DNA of 42,797 bases from a virus: the IMG/VR virus record IMGVR_UViG_3300005511_000021, one strand, 5' to 3'. The number at the start of each line of letters is the position of its first letter. Position 1 is the first letter of the stretch. The notes under the pieces were generated by a model. The model worked only from the letters and a program-made list of their open reading frames with translations. It was not told the DNA's origin and did not search any database. A program made the translations under genes and the position numbers. Below are positions 1 to 9,859 of the stretch, piece after piece.

Positions 1-120
1 AAGAGGTTGGAATTCGCCGCATCCTTGCGCGTCTGCCAGTTCTGGAACTGCCGGGCGCCAAGATCGCCGATCGTGCTTCCGAGGAGCTGCTGATTTGTGC
101 CTGAGCCATAGCGGCCGGCG
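1..120. repeat. Exact 120-bp terminal direct repeat, copy 1 (identical to 42678..42797)
   Basis: Base-by-base comparison of both window ends. The repeat lies inside a coding gene. Confidence 0.95.
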
Positions 121-515
121 GCCGATGCATTGCTGTTTACTGAATTCGTCGCCTGATCGATGACCTGTCGAAAGCCGGGATCTTCGTTGATGTTGAACGC
201 GCCGTTCGCCACCTGACGCGTGTTGTTCAGCGCTTCCAACTGGCCGGCGTTATAGCCGCCGTTGTTAATGACGCCCTGAAGCTGACCAGAGAGGCCGTTG
301 CCGTTGAGATTGGCAAGTGCCGCATCCTTGGTCTTATCCATGCCGGTCATGGTGTTGTTGCTCCACGGAACAACCGTGGAATCGTTATAGACCTGAGCGC
401 CTGTGCCGCTGTTGTAGAGGCTCTGCGCTGCGCCTATGCCCTGCTTGAGGGCTGGCTGCGCTTCCTTCCACGGCGCGGAATTGCTGCTGGTGGTCTGGGT
501 TCCGCCCTTGGCCAT
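1..515 (-). CDS. Virion internal/ejection-type protein, N-terminal part; the gene wraps through the window ends and continues at 42677..42368
   Basis: ATG at 515, 1 nt after the stop of 517..921, and open to the left edge. Via the 120-bp overlap the frame continues to TAA at 42368 (825 nt, 274 aa by my count). Gly/Asn/Gln/Ser-rich. Sits at the position of P22 gp7/gp20-type proteins. Confidence 0.75.
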   Translation of the reverse strand, partial: MAKGGTQTTSSNSAPWKEAQPALKQGIGAAQSLYNSGTGAQVYNDSTVVPWSNNTMTGMDKTKDAALANLNGNGLSGQLQGVINNGGYNAGQLEALNNTRQVANGAFNINEDPGFRQVIDQATNSVNSNASAAGRYGSGTNQQLLGSTIGDLGARQFQNWQTRKDAANSNL

Positions 516-516
516 C

Positions 517-921
517 CTAGATCTCCATAATGTAGGTCGATGTTAGGCGCTTGGCCTTTGGGTAGACTCTTTGAAGGCCTTCGCGGCCACTCGTCACAAG
601 CGCTGTTGCCCCACCCTGCTTCGCCATCTCTTCAGCAAATTGGACGAGCGGTTGAGCCCACGCCTTGAAGTCGTCTCCGACCAGCCCAAGGCACCGCAGA
701 ACAGTCCTTTGCGTCCATCTCTGGAACTGATAAATCGAAGCAGCCGCTAGCTTGCCGTCATTCTCGATGAGGACAAGGAAAGCATTCCCGGATCGGCACA
801 TCTGCCACAGGTCACCGCTGCTTAAGTCTCCACCGGCATCATCAAGCATAGCTTGCATGCGCTCAGCGAAGACCGGCCAAAAGTGATCGACCTCTGCTGA
901 ATTCGCGATGGCGATCCTCAC
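517..921 (-). CDS. Hypothetical virion-module protein with a weak GNAT-like fold signal
   Basis: 134-aa ORF, 4-nt overlap with the upstream gene. The segment LRCLGLVGDDFKAWAQPLVQFAEEMAKQGGATAL loosely resembles the acetyl-CoA motif A of GNATs. Function is uncertain. Confidence 0.65.
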   Translation of the reverse strand: MRIAIANSAEVDHFWPVFAERMQAMLDDAGGDLSSGDLWQMCRSGNAFLVLIENDGKLAAASIYQFQRWTQRTVLRCLGLVGDDFKAWAQPLVQFAEEMAKQGGATALVTSGREGLQRVYPKAKRLTSTYIMEI

Positions 922-1268
922 TGCGAGTTGACCAGATTCATTGTCATGGTGAGCGTCACAGTGACGGTGTTCGCGCCCTTGGCTCTGATCTCGTCAGAAG
1001 GCCAGAGGCGAAGCGGCAAGTCGGCCTCGATCAGTGTGTCATTGGCCGGGACGGACTTGCGCCAGATGAGACGCTCCGTTGTCGTGGCGGCGTCGTACCA
1101 GAACAGGTCACAGGTCACCGCGCCGCCGGTCGGATTGCAGAACGCCCATGACGACAGTGACATGGAATTGTCCGTCATCGCCGTGCCGACAAGCGTCGTG
1201 GTCGTACCGGCAAGCACCAGATGAACGGGCTTGGCGACGTTGCCGCCATAGTTTGCGTTGACGCTCAT
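918..1268 (-). CDS. Hypothetical virion protein (needle/plug position)
   Basis: 116-aa ORF directly abutting the stop of the upstream hub gene. Thr/Ser-rich, beta-type composition. Confidence 0.7.
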   Translation of the reverse strand: MSVNANYGGNVAKPVHLVLAGTTTTLVGTAMTDNSMSLSSWAFCNPTGGAVTCDLFWYDAATTTERLIWRKSVPANDTLIEADLPLRLWPSDEIRAKGANTVTVTLTMTMNLVNSQ

Positions 1269-2729
1269 CTACTGTTCCCCGCTCGGGGCAATGTTGTTGT
1301 CAGGCACATTTGCCGCCGAAACGACGCTCCAGACAGTCCCGGCGGCTATCTCAAGCCGGATCTTGTGCAGGCGACCATCCGACCGGAGCGGGCATAGGCC
1401 GGCGCGATTGGGCGAACTGGCGCTGGAGAACGTCACTGTTCCACCATGATAATCCGAGGTTCCGTCCTTGACGGTATAGGTTGGCGCATCGGTGACGACG
1501 CGAACGCCTGAGATGAAGGTCCGATATGTCTGGTTGATCTCGACATCCGCCGTGTCGATCGTCGCAGCCAGCGGAGAGCCGGAGAAGAACGCCAGCTTAT
1601 TATCCGTGGTGAACGTCGCCATTGTCGGCCGACCACCGAGGAAGATCCGGCTGTCGAAGGGCACGTCAACGGCATCGATATCTGCATAAAGGGCAGATAG
1701 ACCATCCCAGGTCACGCCAGGCGTCGTCAGGGCCACCACCTCGCCTACCTGCTGATCGGACTGACACCAGCGGTCCAGCTGCCAGTCATAACCGAGGCGG
1801 CGATATTGGCCGTTTGCCTGTCGGTATTTCCACCAGACGATCTTCTCGTATGGGTCTGCTACGCCTTGAACATCGCCAAGGAAGCTTTCGTCCACCTGCT
1901 CCAGAAACCACCGGTCGACACGTTCGGCGCCGATCGGCTGGCGCTGGGCACCGCCGAAGAAGCCATCCTCCGAATAATAGAAGAATTTCCCCGGCCCGAT
2001 CGAGACGATGGACCGCGGTGCAATCGTTCCCTGCTTCGGGTTCAGGACGGTGCGCGTGAAGGTAAAGCCCGAACTAGGAGCGAACGGGAAGAACTGCATG
2101 GCAGCGCGCTGGATGACGGAAAAGCCGCCCTGCTCCGCGAAGCCGCCCATGATCTCGTCACCCTCGGGCAATTCCTGATAATCCGAGCCTTTCTTGCCGA
2201 TTGTCCAGAATTCGCAGTCATTCAGGCCACTCCAGCGGACAATTCTCTCGCCATTTATGCCTTCTAGGTATCCAAGCACCACAAAGTCGCCTGATACCCA
2301 GGAATAGCGGGCTTTTGGCGGGCTTCCTGCCAGATCGGCGCAGACGCCGGCCGCCTCGATGTCATAGACCTGTATCGGGTTGTTCAGATTGTGGATCAGG
2401 AGCTGCGTTCCGAAGCGGGTAAACACCCAGGCATCGCCAAGAGGCACTGAATATGGCGCGCTCGGGCCTGAAATGTCATCCCAGGAGTAATCCGTGGTAT
2501 CGAGGCGATAGAGGCGCGTTTCCGTGCCGGCGATAATGACGTAATTGCCTGTGGAATCCCGGACATAGACCGCACCGCGGCATTCGCTTGCCAAAGCTTG
2601 CGAGATTTCGACGAGATCGGGCATCGGGCCCCAGCCATCGGCCACCGGCTGAGCATTGACGACGTTGTTGCTGGCTGAGCCGGTGAAATCGCTGCGGTCT
2701 GGCTCGAATGGCGGGAATGGGATATTCAC
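1269..2729 (-). CDS. Tail hub-like structural protein (P22 gp10 position), probably repeat/propeller-like
   Basis: ORF 1269..2861. I prefer the GTG at 2729, which overlaps the TGA of the upstream gene (GTGA) and gives 486 aa. The ATG at 2861 would overlap the upstream gene by 136 nt. Size and position match a P22 gp10-type hub. Confidence 0.75.
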   Translation of the reverse strand: MNIPFPPFEPDRSDFTGSASNNVVNAQPVADGWGPMPDLVEISQALASECRGAVYVRDSTGNYVIIAGTETRLYRLDTTDYSWDDISGPSAPYSVPLGDAWVFTRFGTQLLIHNLNNPIQVYDIEAAGVCADLAGSPPKARYSWVSGDFVVLGYLEGINGERIVRWSGLNDCEFWTIGKKGSDYQELPEGDEIMGGFAEQGGFSVIQRAAMQFFPFAPSSGFTFTRTVLNPKQGTIAPRSIVSIGPGKFFYYSEDGFFGGAQRQPIGAERVDRWFLEQVDESFLGDVQGVADPYEKIVWWKYRQANGQYRRLGYDWQLDRWCQSDQQVGEVVALTTPGVTWDGLSALYADIDAVDVPFDSRIFLGGRPTMATFTTDNKLAFFSGSPLAATIDTADVEINQTYRTFISGVRVVTDAPTYTVKDGTSDYHGGTVTFSSASSPNRAGLCPLRSDGRLHKIRLEIAAGTVWSVVSAANVPDNNIAPSGEQ

Positions 2730-3367
2730 GAAATGATATCCCTGATCGGCCAATATTTGCCGACGCTGGTGATTGCCGGATCCACGACCATCTGCCCGCG
2801 CTTCTTGCGCGCCTCGATATTGCGGGCCGACGTAAGGAAGGCGGTCAGCATCTGCGACCACATCGAAATGTCAGGTGACGACTTCACGTAGACGGAGCCC
2901 CAAACGATCGACGCGGCCATATAGAGATCTGGATTTTCCGTGAGGAAATCGTTAGTCGGCGCTGCGACGGAAAGAGCAAACCGGCCGGTGTAGACGAAGC
3001 GGAGCGGGTATGCCTGGTCAAGCTCCCGGTCGAAGACGATTTTTTTGCCCTCGACTGCCCAGGTCGTCGGCTCTCCAGCCGTGTCATATTTGGTAAAGGT
3101 GCCTAGCGCCTGTTTTGTAAGCTCGTATTCCTGCAAATTTGGGGTGATAAACAGAGCCGTTGGCTCGATCATCGACAGGCTTGTGATATCGATATAATCC
3201 TGGCCGGGGACACCAGCCAACGCTACCGTCGTGCCGACCTGCTTCAGTTCCCGGTTCAAGCCTGCCTCGCCAAGGGCGATGAAATCTGTAGCAACGCCTG
3301 CGACGTCGGAGCGCGCCATCCAATCGCTTATGGACGCCTGTAGTTCGGAATAATTACTGAACGGCAT
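2726..3367 (-). CDS. Head-to-tail adaptor candidate (called by position)
   Basis: 213-aa ORF between the coat region and the hub gene. 14-nt overlap with the upstream gene. Confidence 0.7.
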   Translation of the reverse strand: MPFSNYSELQASISDWMARSDVAGVATDFIALGEAGLNRELKQVGTTVALAGVPGQDYIDITSLSMIEPTALFITPNLQEYELTKQALGTFTKYDTAGEPTTWAVEGKKIVFDRELDQAYPLRFVYTGRFALSVAAPTNDFLTENPDLYMAASIVWGSVYVKSSPDISMWSQMLTAFLTSARNIEARKKRGQMVVDPAITSVGKYWPIRDIIS

Positions 3368-4043
3368 CGCAAACCGCCTTTGCCCCGCCAGGCTGGCGCA
3401 TCATGAATTCATGCAGGTTTCCCTTGAATTCATGGTCGCCGCTGTGGTGATTGATGTTGAGATTGGGGATCAGGGCGATTTCGCCGCCGCACTCGACCCA
3501 ACGCTTGGAAAAGGCATAATCCTCACCATACCAGACGCCATCGATGACGCCGTGATTGAAGAGATCGACCGATGGACTGTAGCGAACGCCGAAGGTCAGT
3601 TCCGGATAGGCCGTCATGAACCGGTCGACGCCTTCGCGGGTGATCTTCATGAACCCGGCAGGGATGCGGCTCGCCAGGAAGCAGCCATCCCGCACAACGG
3701 GACGGTCGGCGCCATCGGTGCGCCAGACTCCCATATAGACCTCTTCGTCCTTCTTGAACCGATATGTACCAGCGACAACATCGCCTTCGGTTTCAATCAA
3801 GGTCAGGAGGTCTTGCGGATCCCAACTTAAATCGTAGTCGAGGAAGACGATCACATCCGCCTTGGCGTCGAGCGCCTTCCTCAACATGGCCGCCCGCGCA
3901 TAGCTGATGTACGGGCAGCCTCTTTCTTCGACTGCGCCCTCTTCCCATCCTGCCGCCTTTATCAACGGCAGGGAGCGTTCAAGGGCCTCAACGAACGGCG
4001 CTGTAGGCCCTTGAAGGGAAGGAACGCAGAAAACGACCTTCAC
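3354..4043 (-). CDS. GT-A fold glycosyltransferase (family 2-like)
   Basis: N-terminal VVFCVPS strand, DxD-type FLDYDLSWD motif, GEDYAFSKRW motif. ATGA-type coupling to the upstream gene at 4040..4043. Confidence 0.75.
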   Translation of the reverse strand: MKVVFCVPSLQGPTAPFVEALERSLPLIKAAGWEEGAVEERGCPYISYARAAMLRKALDAKADVIVFLDYDLSWDPQDLLTLIETEGDVVAGTYRFKKDEEVYMGVWRTDGADRPVVRDGCFLASRIPAGFMKITREGVDRFMTAYPELTFGVRYSPSVDLFNHGVIDGVWYGEDYAFSKRWVECGGEIALIPNLNINHHSGDHEFKGNLHEFMMRQPGGAKAVCDAVQ

Positions 4044-4276
4044 GCGGAACCCTTCCAGATGCCAATCGCGGTGAGGGTGTTCATCACTTCAATCAGGGCC
4101 GCTTTCGTGGCCGTGTCGAGAGCGGTGGACGACGCCGTGCCGACGAGCGACGTTGCCTGAGCGGCAAGAGAGCGCTGCGCGATCGGTGTGACGCCGTAGA
4201 AGGCGATCTTGTCGGTGGTGGACTGGCCGAGCTTCGTGCCGTCAGAACCGCCATCGGAAAGCTGTTTCGTGGTCAT
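4040..4276 (-). CDS. Small Ala/Thr/Ser-rich virion-module protein
   Basis: Internal ATG at 4276 preceded by GGAAGGAG. The longer ORF to 4399 would overlap the coat gene. 78 aa. Confidence 0.7.
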   Translation of the reverse strand: MTTKQLSDGGSDGTKLGQSTTDKIAFYGVTPIAQRSLAAQATSLVGTASSTALDTATKAALIEVMNTLTAIGIWKGSA

Positions 4277-4298
4277 ATTCCTGCTCCTTCCGTTTCCG

Positions 4299-5546
4299 TT
4301 ACGGCGTGCCGCTGATGCGGGTTGCCAGACGGCCGTCGATGGTCTTTGTCCCGTAAAGGACGTCCAGACGCCACATGCTTTCGTCGGAGATACCGTCATA
4401 GACCGGGATCACGCGAACGCTGGTGCCCTTGTAGGTCTCGCGGCCAACGTCGACAGCGCCCGGAGGCGAGATGAGCGGCACGGTGATCAGCGCGAACGCC
4501 TTTTCCGTGAAGATCATGTTCTGGCGATAGTTGGTCGAAGCAGAGCCGACGAAGGTGACGGGCTGGTTGTTTAGGTCAGTGACGCCCTGGACATCGACGT
4601 TCTTGAACGCACCGGTCCAGATCATCGCCGGAGTGATGACGAGATCGGTTTCGGAGCCGGCGGCCGTCGCATCGGAAACGACCGTGAACATCTTCAGGAA
4701 CGACAGTGGCGCCTTGGTGACCGGGTTGACGTCATAGACGCCATCGATCGTGAAGACGTCGCCGGCTTTGACCGTCTGCGTTGCGCCGCCAAGCGCATCG
4801 ATGTGGATCGTCTGCTGATTGGTGTCCTTGACGTCGGCGTAGGTGATAGTCGAAGACGTGATGGACAGGTCGATCAGGATCGAGCCGGAGCGCGAGCCAG
4901 TCGTATGCGTGGCAACGTTCTGCGTCATGTACATGTCGACGTTGGCCACCATGCCGGTATTGCCCTGACGATAGGCAGGCTTGGTAATCGTGTCGTTGTA
5001 GAGCGTCGTCTGGGAGCCGACGAGTGCCCAGTGGTCAGCAGGGCAGAGAACCGATGTGCGTCCGTCCTGTGGTACGGCGCCCTCGTCGAGACGTTCCGGG
5101 CCCTTGGCGAAGTCCGCAAACGAATTGATGAGGTTTCCAGGTGTGCCGACCCAGTTCGGGACGTTCTTGTATTCCGCCATCAGATCGACGTCGATCTGAT
5201 TGGCAAGCTGGACCATTGCCGGCCGAATGACGCGCTCAGACAGATCCTTGATGTTCAAGGTCAGCTCCTGAGAGGTGAACTTGAAGTCGATGCCCTTGCG
5301 CTTGTTGACCTGAATGGTAGTCTTGCCTTCCGTCACGTTCTGAGCGGACGCTGTGGCGCCGTCGCGAACGGTGAAATCGGCAGGCTTGCGGATGCTGAGC
5401 GTGTCGCCGACCGTGTAGCCGTTGACCTTCTTGGTGATGTCTTCCTCGTAGCCGCGGAAGACTTTCCGGGCCATGACCAGCTCGTTGTCGAGAATAGCCA
5501 CGGCCGCCTTCGCGATGATGCTCGCGGAGAGCGTAGTATTTGCCAT
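4299..5546 (-). CDS. Major capsid protein, P22 coat-protein family
   Basis: 415 aa. The N-terminal pattern (LSASIIAKAAVAILDNELVMARKVFRGYEED...GDTLSIRKP...FTSQELTLNIKDLSERVIRPAMVQLANQIDVDL) is typical of P22-type coat proteins. Follows the scaffold gene. Confidence 0.88.
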   Translation of the reverse strand: MANTTLSASIIAKAAVAILDNELVMARKVFRGYEEDITKKVNGYTVGDTLSIRKPADFTVRDGATASAQNVTEGKTTIQVNKRKGIDFKFTSQELTLNIKDLSERVIRPAMVQLANQIDVDLMAEYKNVPNWVGTPGNLINSFADFAKGPERLDEGAVPQDGRTSVLCPADHWALVGSQTTLYNDTITKPAYRQGNTGMVANVDMYMTQNVATHTTGSRSGSILIDLSITSSTITYADVKDTNQQTIHIDALGGATQTVKAGDVFTIDGVYDVNPVTKAPLSFLKMFTVVSDATAAGSETDLVITPAMIWTGAFKNVDVQGVTDLNNQPVTFVGSASTNYRQNMIFTEKAFALITVPLISPPGAVDVGRETYKGTSVRVIPVYDGISDESMWRLDVLYGTKTIDGRLATRISGTP

Positions 5547-5575
5547 TTTCGTTTACCTTTGGGAAATGCGCCAGA

Positions 5576-6457
5576 TCAGCGCTTGTTGATCCATTTCGCG
5601 AAGTCCTCCATCGGCATCTTCTCCGGCGGCACGCGACCTGCCGTGGCCTTGGCGGCGACGGTTTCGAGTGGCTTGGGAACGATGGTGGTGGTTGGCTTCG
5701 GCTGTGCGGTCTTCTGCATCATTGCCTGATGGCCGAGATGGGCGAGGAAGAGGATTTCATAGGTCTGCGGGCTGTAGGCGTTCTGCAACGCTTCACGCGT
5801 AAAACCCTTGCCGAGTGCGAATTCCGTGATCTTCTTGTCCATGTCCTCGGTCCAGCCGGGGATGCTCTTTTCCGCAAACGCGCGTGTTTCCCGAAGTCGA
5901 TTGGCAGTTTCCTGCTTCGCTTTTTCGGACAGTTCGTTTGTCGTGTGTGTCAGGTAACCAGCGACCTGACCGCGCTCTTCCTTCAGCGTCTGGTAGTTCC
6001 GCCAGTGCGACATGGCCGCCATGGGGTCTTCCTGCTCAAGCTGCTGCCAATTGACGCCTTCGTATTGCTTCAACTGGGAATCGAGGTGATGAATGTGGGC
6101 TTTCGCCTCGATCACCTCCTGCGACGTCTGGAAGATCCGATCGGCTTCAGCGCGCTTTGCCTCTACGGCTTTGCGCTCCTCCGCGACTTCCTGGGTCTTC
6201 CGGGTGTAATCCTGCTGGCGAAGAAGCGCGTCCTTCAGTTCAGCTGGGATTTTGTGCTTCTTCCCGTCGTAGTCGACCTCGACAAGCTCGGGCTCTTGTG
6301 GTTCGCCTTCGCCTTCTTGGCCTTCCGCGCCCTCTGCTTCAGTCGTAGTTTCCTCGGTCTCGACGTCAGAAACTGCTTTGTCTGCCGTGTTGGTCTGCTG
6401 TTCTCCGCCTGCAGGCATAGCCTGTGCTTCGGCAACAGCCGTCAAAGCCTCATCCAT
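5576..6457 (-). CDS. Scaffolding protein
   Basis: 293 aa, very acidic and helical/coiled-coil composition, between portal and coat. GGAG Shine-Dalgarno. Confidence 0.8.
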   Translation of the reverse strand: MDEALTAVAEAQAMPAGGEQQTNTADKAVSDVETEETTTEAEGAEGQEGEGEPQEPELVEVDYDGKKHKIPAELKDALLRQQDYTRKTQEVAEERKAVEAKRAEADRIFQTSQEVIEAKAHIHHLDSQLKQYEGVNWQQLEQEDPMAAMSHWRNYQTLKEERGQVAGYLTHTTNELSEKAKQETANRLRETRAFAEKSIPGWTEDMDKKITEFALGKGFTREALQNAYSPQTYEILFLAHLGHQAMMQKTAQPKPTTTIVPKPLETVAAKATAGRVPPEKMPMEDFAKWINKR

Positions 6458-6502
6458 AGAGGTTCACTCCGTTTTCCGGTTGGTGATAGGGAATTGCGCC
6501 GC

Positions 6503-8557
6503 TTACCCTTGGCGCGTGGGAGCTTGTAAGGCCTGATTGGCCTTGGCGATGCTTGATTGATGGGCCTGTTCGGCCTTCTGAGCGACGGTCAAAGCGTGCG
6601 TCGTCACCTTTGTTTCTGCGTCCTGCCGAATCCTTATAGCTTCGTTGCGAAGGTCACCTTCGACCTCCATCCGCTTCGTGTCGGCGTTGAACTGGTCGAT
6701 GCTCTTATCGGCTTCCAGCGCCTGGACCTTCTGCGTCAGTTCCTGAATGGCCTGCTGACCATCTTGGATCATCTGCTGCACTTCAGGCGGCAAACCCTGC
6801 TGTTGCTTCAGCGCAGGGTTGATCGCCTTCAGACGCTCGGCAATCTCTTCAGCACCTGGCCAATCGAGGTTCTTCGCCAGAATGTCACCGATAACAGGAG
6901 CGGCATCCGGGAACGCCCGAACAAACTCAGTCATCTGGTAGGCAGCCTCTTCGCGGCGTGTGGTGAAGCTCGGGCCAGTGGTGACGGTGAGATCGTATTT
7001 GCCGGTCGTCAGGCTGTAGACGCCCTGAAGCGTCTCGCCTTGAGCGGTGACGACCGGCTGGCCATTCTGGTCAAGCTGCGGCTTCGGCTCTTGCGCGTTG
7101 ATAGTAGCGGCGCGCTGTGAGCCGTCTTCGCCGATCACGCGGATAATGCGCTCATTGGTATAGACCTTCGGAATCATGTCGATCAGGATGCGACCGGTAT
7201 GGCGAATGGCGCGCGACAGGTTGTCGATGAAGTGGAATGTCGCAACATCCCCTTCCCGCTGGCGAGCCATGATGGCCTTGCCGCTGGTTTCGTTCGAACG
7301 AGCACCAAGCGAAGCGTCATAGATGCCCATGATCGATTTCATGTCGTCGGAAGAGTTCAAAGCCTCCTGCAGAGCGCCGGCCGCCGGCCCGCTGTCTAGC
7401 GGGATGCGCTGTGGCGCGTCGCTATCATATTCAAGATAGGCGTGGCTTGTCGTGTTCGCCGTTGCCCAATTGCTCGCGTCACTGTCAAATGTGCCCTTGC
7501 GGCCGATCCATGGCGTCTTCGGCGCCAGCGCAACAAGTTCTGTCGACGTGGTACGCCAATAGTTGAACATGCGCTGCGCATCCTTGGCCCCGTGAATGAG
7601 GCTTCGGAAATAGCGCTTGCCCTCAACTATGATCTCGTCGCCATAGACGGGGACGATCGGGATATAGCAGCCGAGCCAGTCGTTCGTCTTGATGACGTCG
7701 GCGCCGGTCATGATGTATTGCGTGACCTTGTGCGACTTGGCCTCGCGTTCGCGCTGGACCTGAATCACGCCGTTATTGATCAAGACCATCGTCATCGGGT
7801 CTGACTTGATCAGATCCTCGTCGACAATGCGCCCGTCCGAGAGCAGGACGATTTTCTTGGTGGTCTCTTCGCGCTTCCACCATTCGCCGATCAGCACCGT
7901 CTTGTCATCGAGCCAATCGTTCGAGCGGTCCCACGCATCACTGTCGAAATCGATGGCGACGTCATCATCCTCGATGTTCTTCGCGCCCTTGTATTTGCGC
8001 TTGAACTCCTCTCGGCTGAGGCGGTCAACGATGAAGGCGCTGTTCCAGTCGGACGAATCCGCTTCCGTGCTGTCAGGGTCACCATAGACCGAGAACTGGT
8101 TCGAGACGCGCTTGATGCAGAGATCGAGGTCGAAACTGTCGGCATAGGCGTAATCGAGGCCGATTCTCCAATAGCCGAAGCCGCCTGAGACGCTGGCCTC
8201 GATCGCCGTGTCATAGGCAACATCGGCATTCGAGGTATATTCGATATTGCGGATCAGGCCGTTCATCACGTCGGCGGTGTGAACATCGGCGGCGCTATCG
8301 ACAGGATGCACCTTGATCGATGGCTTGTTCTGTCTGCTATCGTTGACGACCTGGCGAATGAAGGCCGGCATCTTGTTGATGGTCAGGCACGGCCGCTGCT
8401 CGATCTCGCGCTGCTTGACGATCTGCGCCGGCCATTGCTCTTCGAGGCGGGAAAACCTGATATCGTCGAGCGCCGTCATGCGGTTCTCGTTCTCAAAGTC
8501 AGAGACGCGCTGAAACGCTTCTTTGGCTTCGGTCAGGATGTCTTCCATATCAGCCAT
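6503..8557 (-). CDS. Portal protein (P22-type)
   Basis: 684 aa directly after terL. N-terminal DDIRFSRLEEQWP...RPCLTINKMPAFIRQVVNDSRQNKPSIKV pattern of P22-like portals. Long helical C-terminal barrel region. Confidence 0.9.
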   Translation of the reverse strand: MADMEDILTEAKEAFQRVSDFENENRMTALDDIRFSRLEEQWPAQIVKQREIEQRPCLTINKMPAFIRQVVNDSRQNKPSIKVHPVDSAADVHTADVMNGLIRNIEYTSNADVAYDTAIEASVSGGFGYWRIGLDYAYADSFDLDLCIKRVSNQFSVYGDPDSTEADSSDWNSAFIVDRLSREEFKRKYKGAKNIEDDDVAIDFDSDAWDRSNDWLDDKTVLIGEWWKREETTKKIVLLSDGRIVDEDLIKSDPMTMVLINNGVIQVQREREAKSHKVTQYIMTGADVIKTNDWLGCYIPIVPVYGDEIIVEGKRYFRSLIHGAKDAQRMFNYWRTTSTELVALAPKTPWIGRKGTFDSDASNWATANTTSHAYLEYDSDAPQRIPLDSGPAAGALQEALNSSDDMKSIMGIYDASLGARSNETSGKAIMARQREGDVATFHFIDNLSRAIRHTGRILIDMIPKVYTNERIIRVIGEDGSQRAATINAQEPKPQLDQNGQPVVTAQGETLQGVYSLTTGKYDLTVTTGPSFTTRREEAAYQMTEFVRAFPDAAPVIGDILAKNLDWPGAEEIAERLKAINPALKQQQGLPPEVQQMIQDGQQAIQELTQKVQALEADKSIDQFNADTKRMEVEGDLRNEAIRIRQDAETKVTTHALTVAQKAEQAHQSSIAKANQALQAPTRQG

Positions 8558-8560
8558 GAA

Positions 8561-9859
8561 TCATCCCATCCAGCCGCCGGCGACCGCGTTGCGCGGATCC
8601 TGCTTCTTCTTTGCTATAGGCTCTTCGTAGACGACGCAGCCGAGGCCAAAGCCATCCGCACCATGAGAGGCCCAATCGTGCTCAGGACCGAGGCCGATGC
8701 CCCGAGCCTCGTCTTTCTTTTCGTGATACCAGCCGAGAGCGGCGCGTCCCGCTTCTGTCGTGTCGGCGTTGAACCACATGTTCGGGAACAGCCTGCGGGC
8801 AGCTTCGATGCGAGCCGCAGCAGCGCCTTTGCCTTGGTTGGGGACCACCGTCACTCGATAGCCTGCATCACGCAGAGCGCTTTCGTAGGAGACGTCATAA
8901 ACCTTGTCGTTGGTTGAGCCGTCGTGTGGCAACCAGAATTGCGCGCGATCGGGCGTGTAGCCTTTGGACCTGCACCAGTTGAGATGGGCTGCGAGCGGCT
9001 GGCCTACAGCTTCGTAATAATCGAGCCAGCGGATTTCCTTGCCGATGAACTGGCAGGCCCAGATCGTGAAGGCGTCGGCCTTTGCACCCGTCCCGCCAAT
9101 GTCGCAGATCAGCCGAATAGTCATCAGCGGGTCAGCGGCCACCCTGCCTATGCGGCCTTCGTTCTTGGCGTCTGCAAGGTGTTTGGCGAAATATGCGCCG
9201 GCCGCCACGGTCAAATATCCACCTTCCCAGATATGGTCGTATTGATCGGGCTGCATGCGAAGGCAGTCGAGACGTTCCTGTTCAAGCTCAGGAGTGAGCC
9301 ATGGGTTGTCCCGCCAATTGGCGGTGACCAGCACCGAACCTGTCGGCTTTTCCTCGCCACACATCATCACGTCGACAGGATCAACCTTGCGGCGCGGGTT
9401 CCAGCTGAACCAGATCTCGGAGCCAGGTGCGCGGATCGTCGGCCGAAGAAGGTTCAGGGACCGCATCGAGGCTGTCTGCGCTTCCTCCCACCAAGCGCGC
9501 TTGAAGCCTTCGAGCGACTTGATCGATTCCGCTGTGTGATCCTGCATCCCCTGGAAGATGATCGCACCATCTCCTGGCGTTTCGATCGTATCGCGGAAGA
9601 CTTTGAACCCATCCGGTTCACCTAGGCGGAAATCTGCGAGCTTGCTTTCCAGCAGGCGCTTGGATGAGTCCGCGAGGGTTTTCTGGACTTCACGAATGCA
9701 GACAGAAAGCATCCCGCGCTCTGCAAGATGATCCTCGATCATCAGGCCGCCGAAGAAATGGCTTTTCCCTGAACCGCGCCCGCCCTTTGCGCCTTTGTAT
9801 CGAGATGGGGTTAGGAGAGGTTCGAAGACCTCAGCTGTTGGTATCTGGAGCGTTCGCAC
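8561..9859 (-). CDS. terL: Terminase large subunit (PBSX/Terminase_3-like)
   Basis: 432 aa, Walker A GGRGSGKSH near the N-terminus, C-terminal nuclease-type region. The start codon in the track is GTG at 9859. Confidence 0.92.
   Translation of the reverse strand: MRTLQIPTAEVFEPLLTPSRYKGAKGGRGSGKSHFFGGLMIEDHLAERGMLSVCIREVQKTLADSSKRLLESKLADFRLGEPDGFKVFRDTIETPGDGAIIFQGMQDHTAESIKSLEGFKRAWWEEAQTASMRSLNLLRPTIRAPGSEIWFSWNPRRKVDPVDVMMCGEEKPTGSVLVTANWRDNPWLTPELEQERLDCLRMQPDQYDHIWEGGYLTVAAGAYFAKHLADAKNEGRIGRVAADPLMTIRLICDIGGTGAKADAFTIWACQFIGKEIRWLDYYEAVGQPLAAHLNWCRSKGYTPDRAQFWLPHDGSTNDKVYDVSYESALRDAGYRVTVVPNQGKGAAAARIEAARRLFPNMWFNADTTEAGRAALGWYHEKKDEARGIGLGPEHDWASHGADGFGLGCVVYEEPIAKKKQDPRNAVAGGWMG

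Noticed and set aside
1-120. A true physical direct terminal repeat (T7-like ends)
   Set aside because: The repeat lies in the middle of an ORF that reads through it in frame, and the terminase and portal are of the headful P22 type. An assembly overlap of a circular or permuted genome is more likely. It remains testable with reads.
517-921. A confident GNAT acetyltransferase call
   Set aside because: Only a loose resemblance to motif A, without a clear Q/RxxGxG/A. The position matches a P22 gp14-type assembly protein equally well. I kept it as hypothetical with a note.
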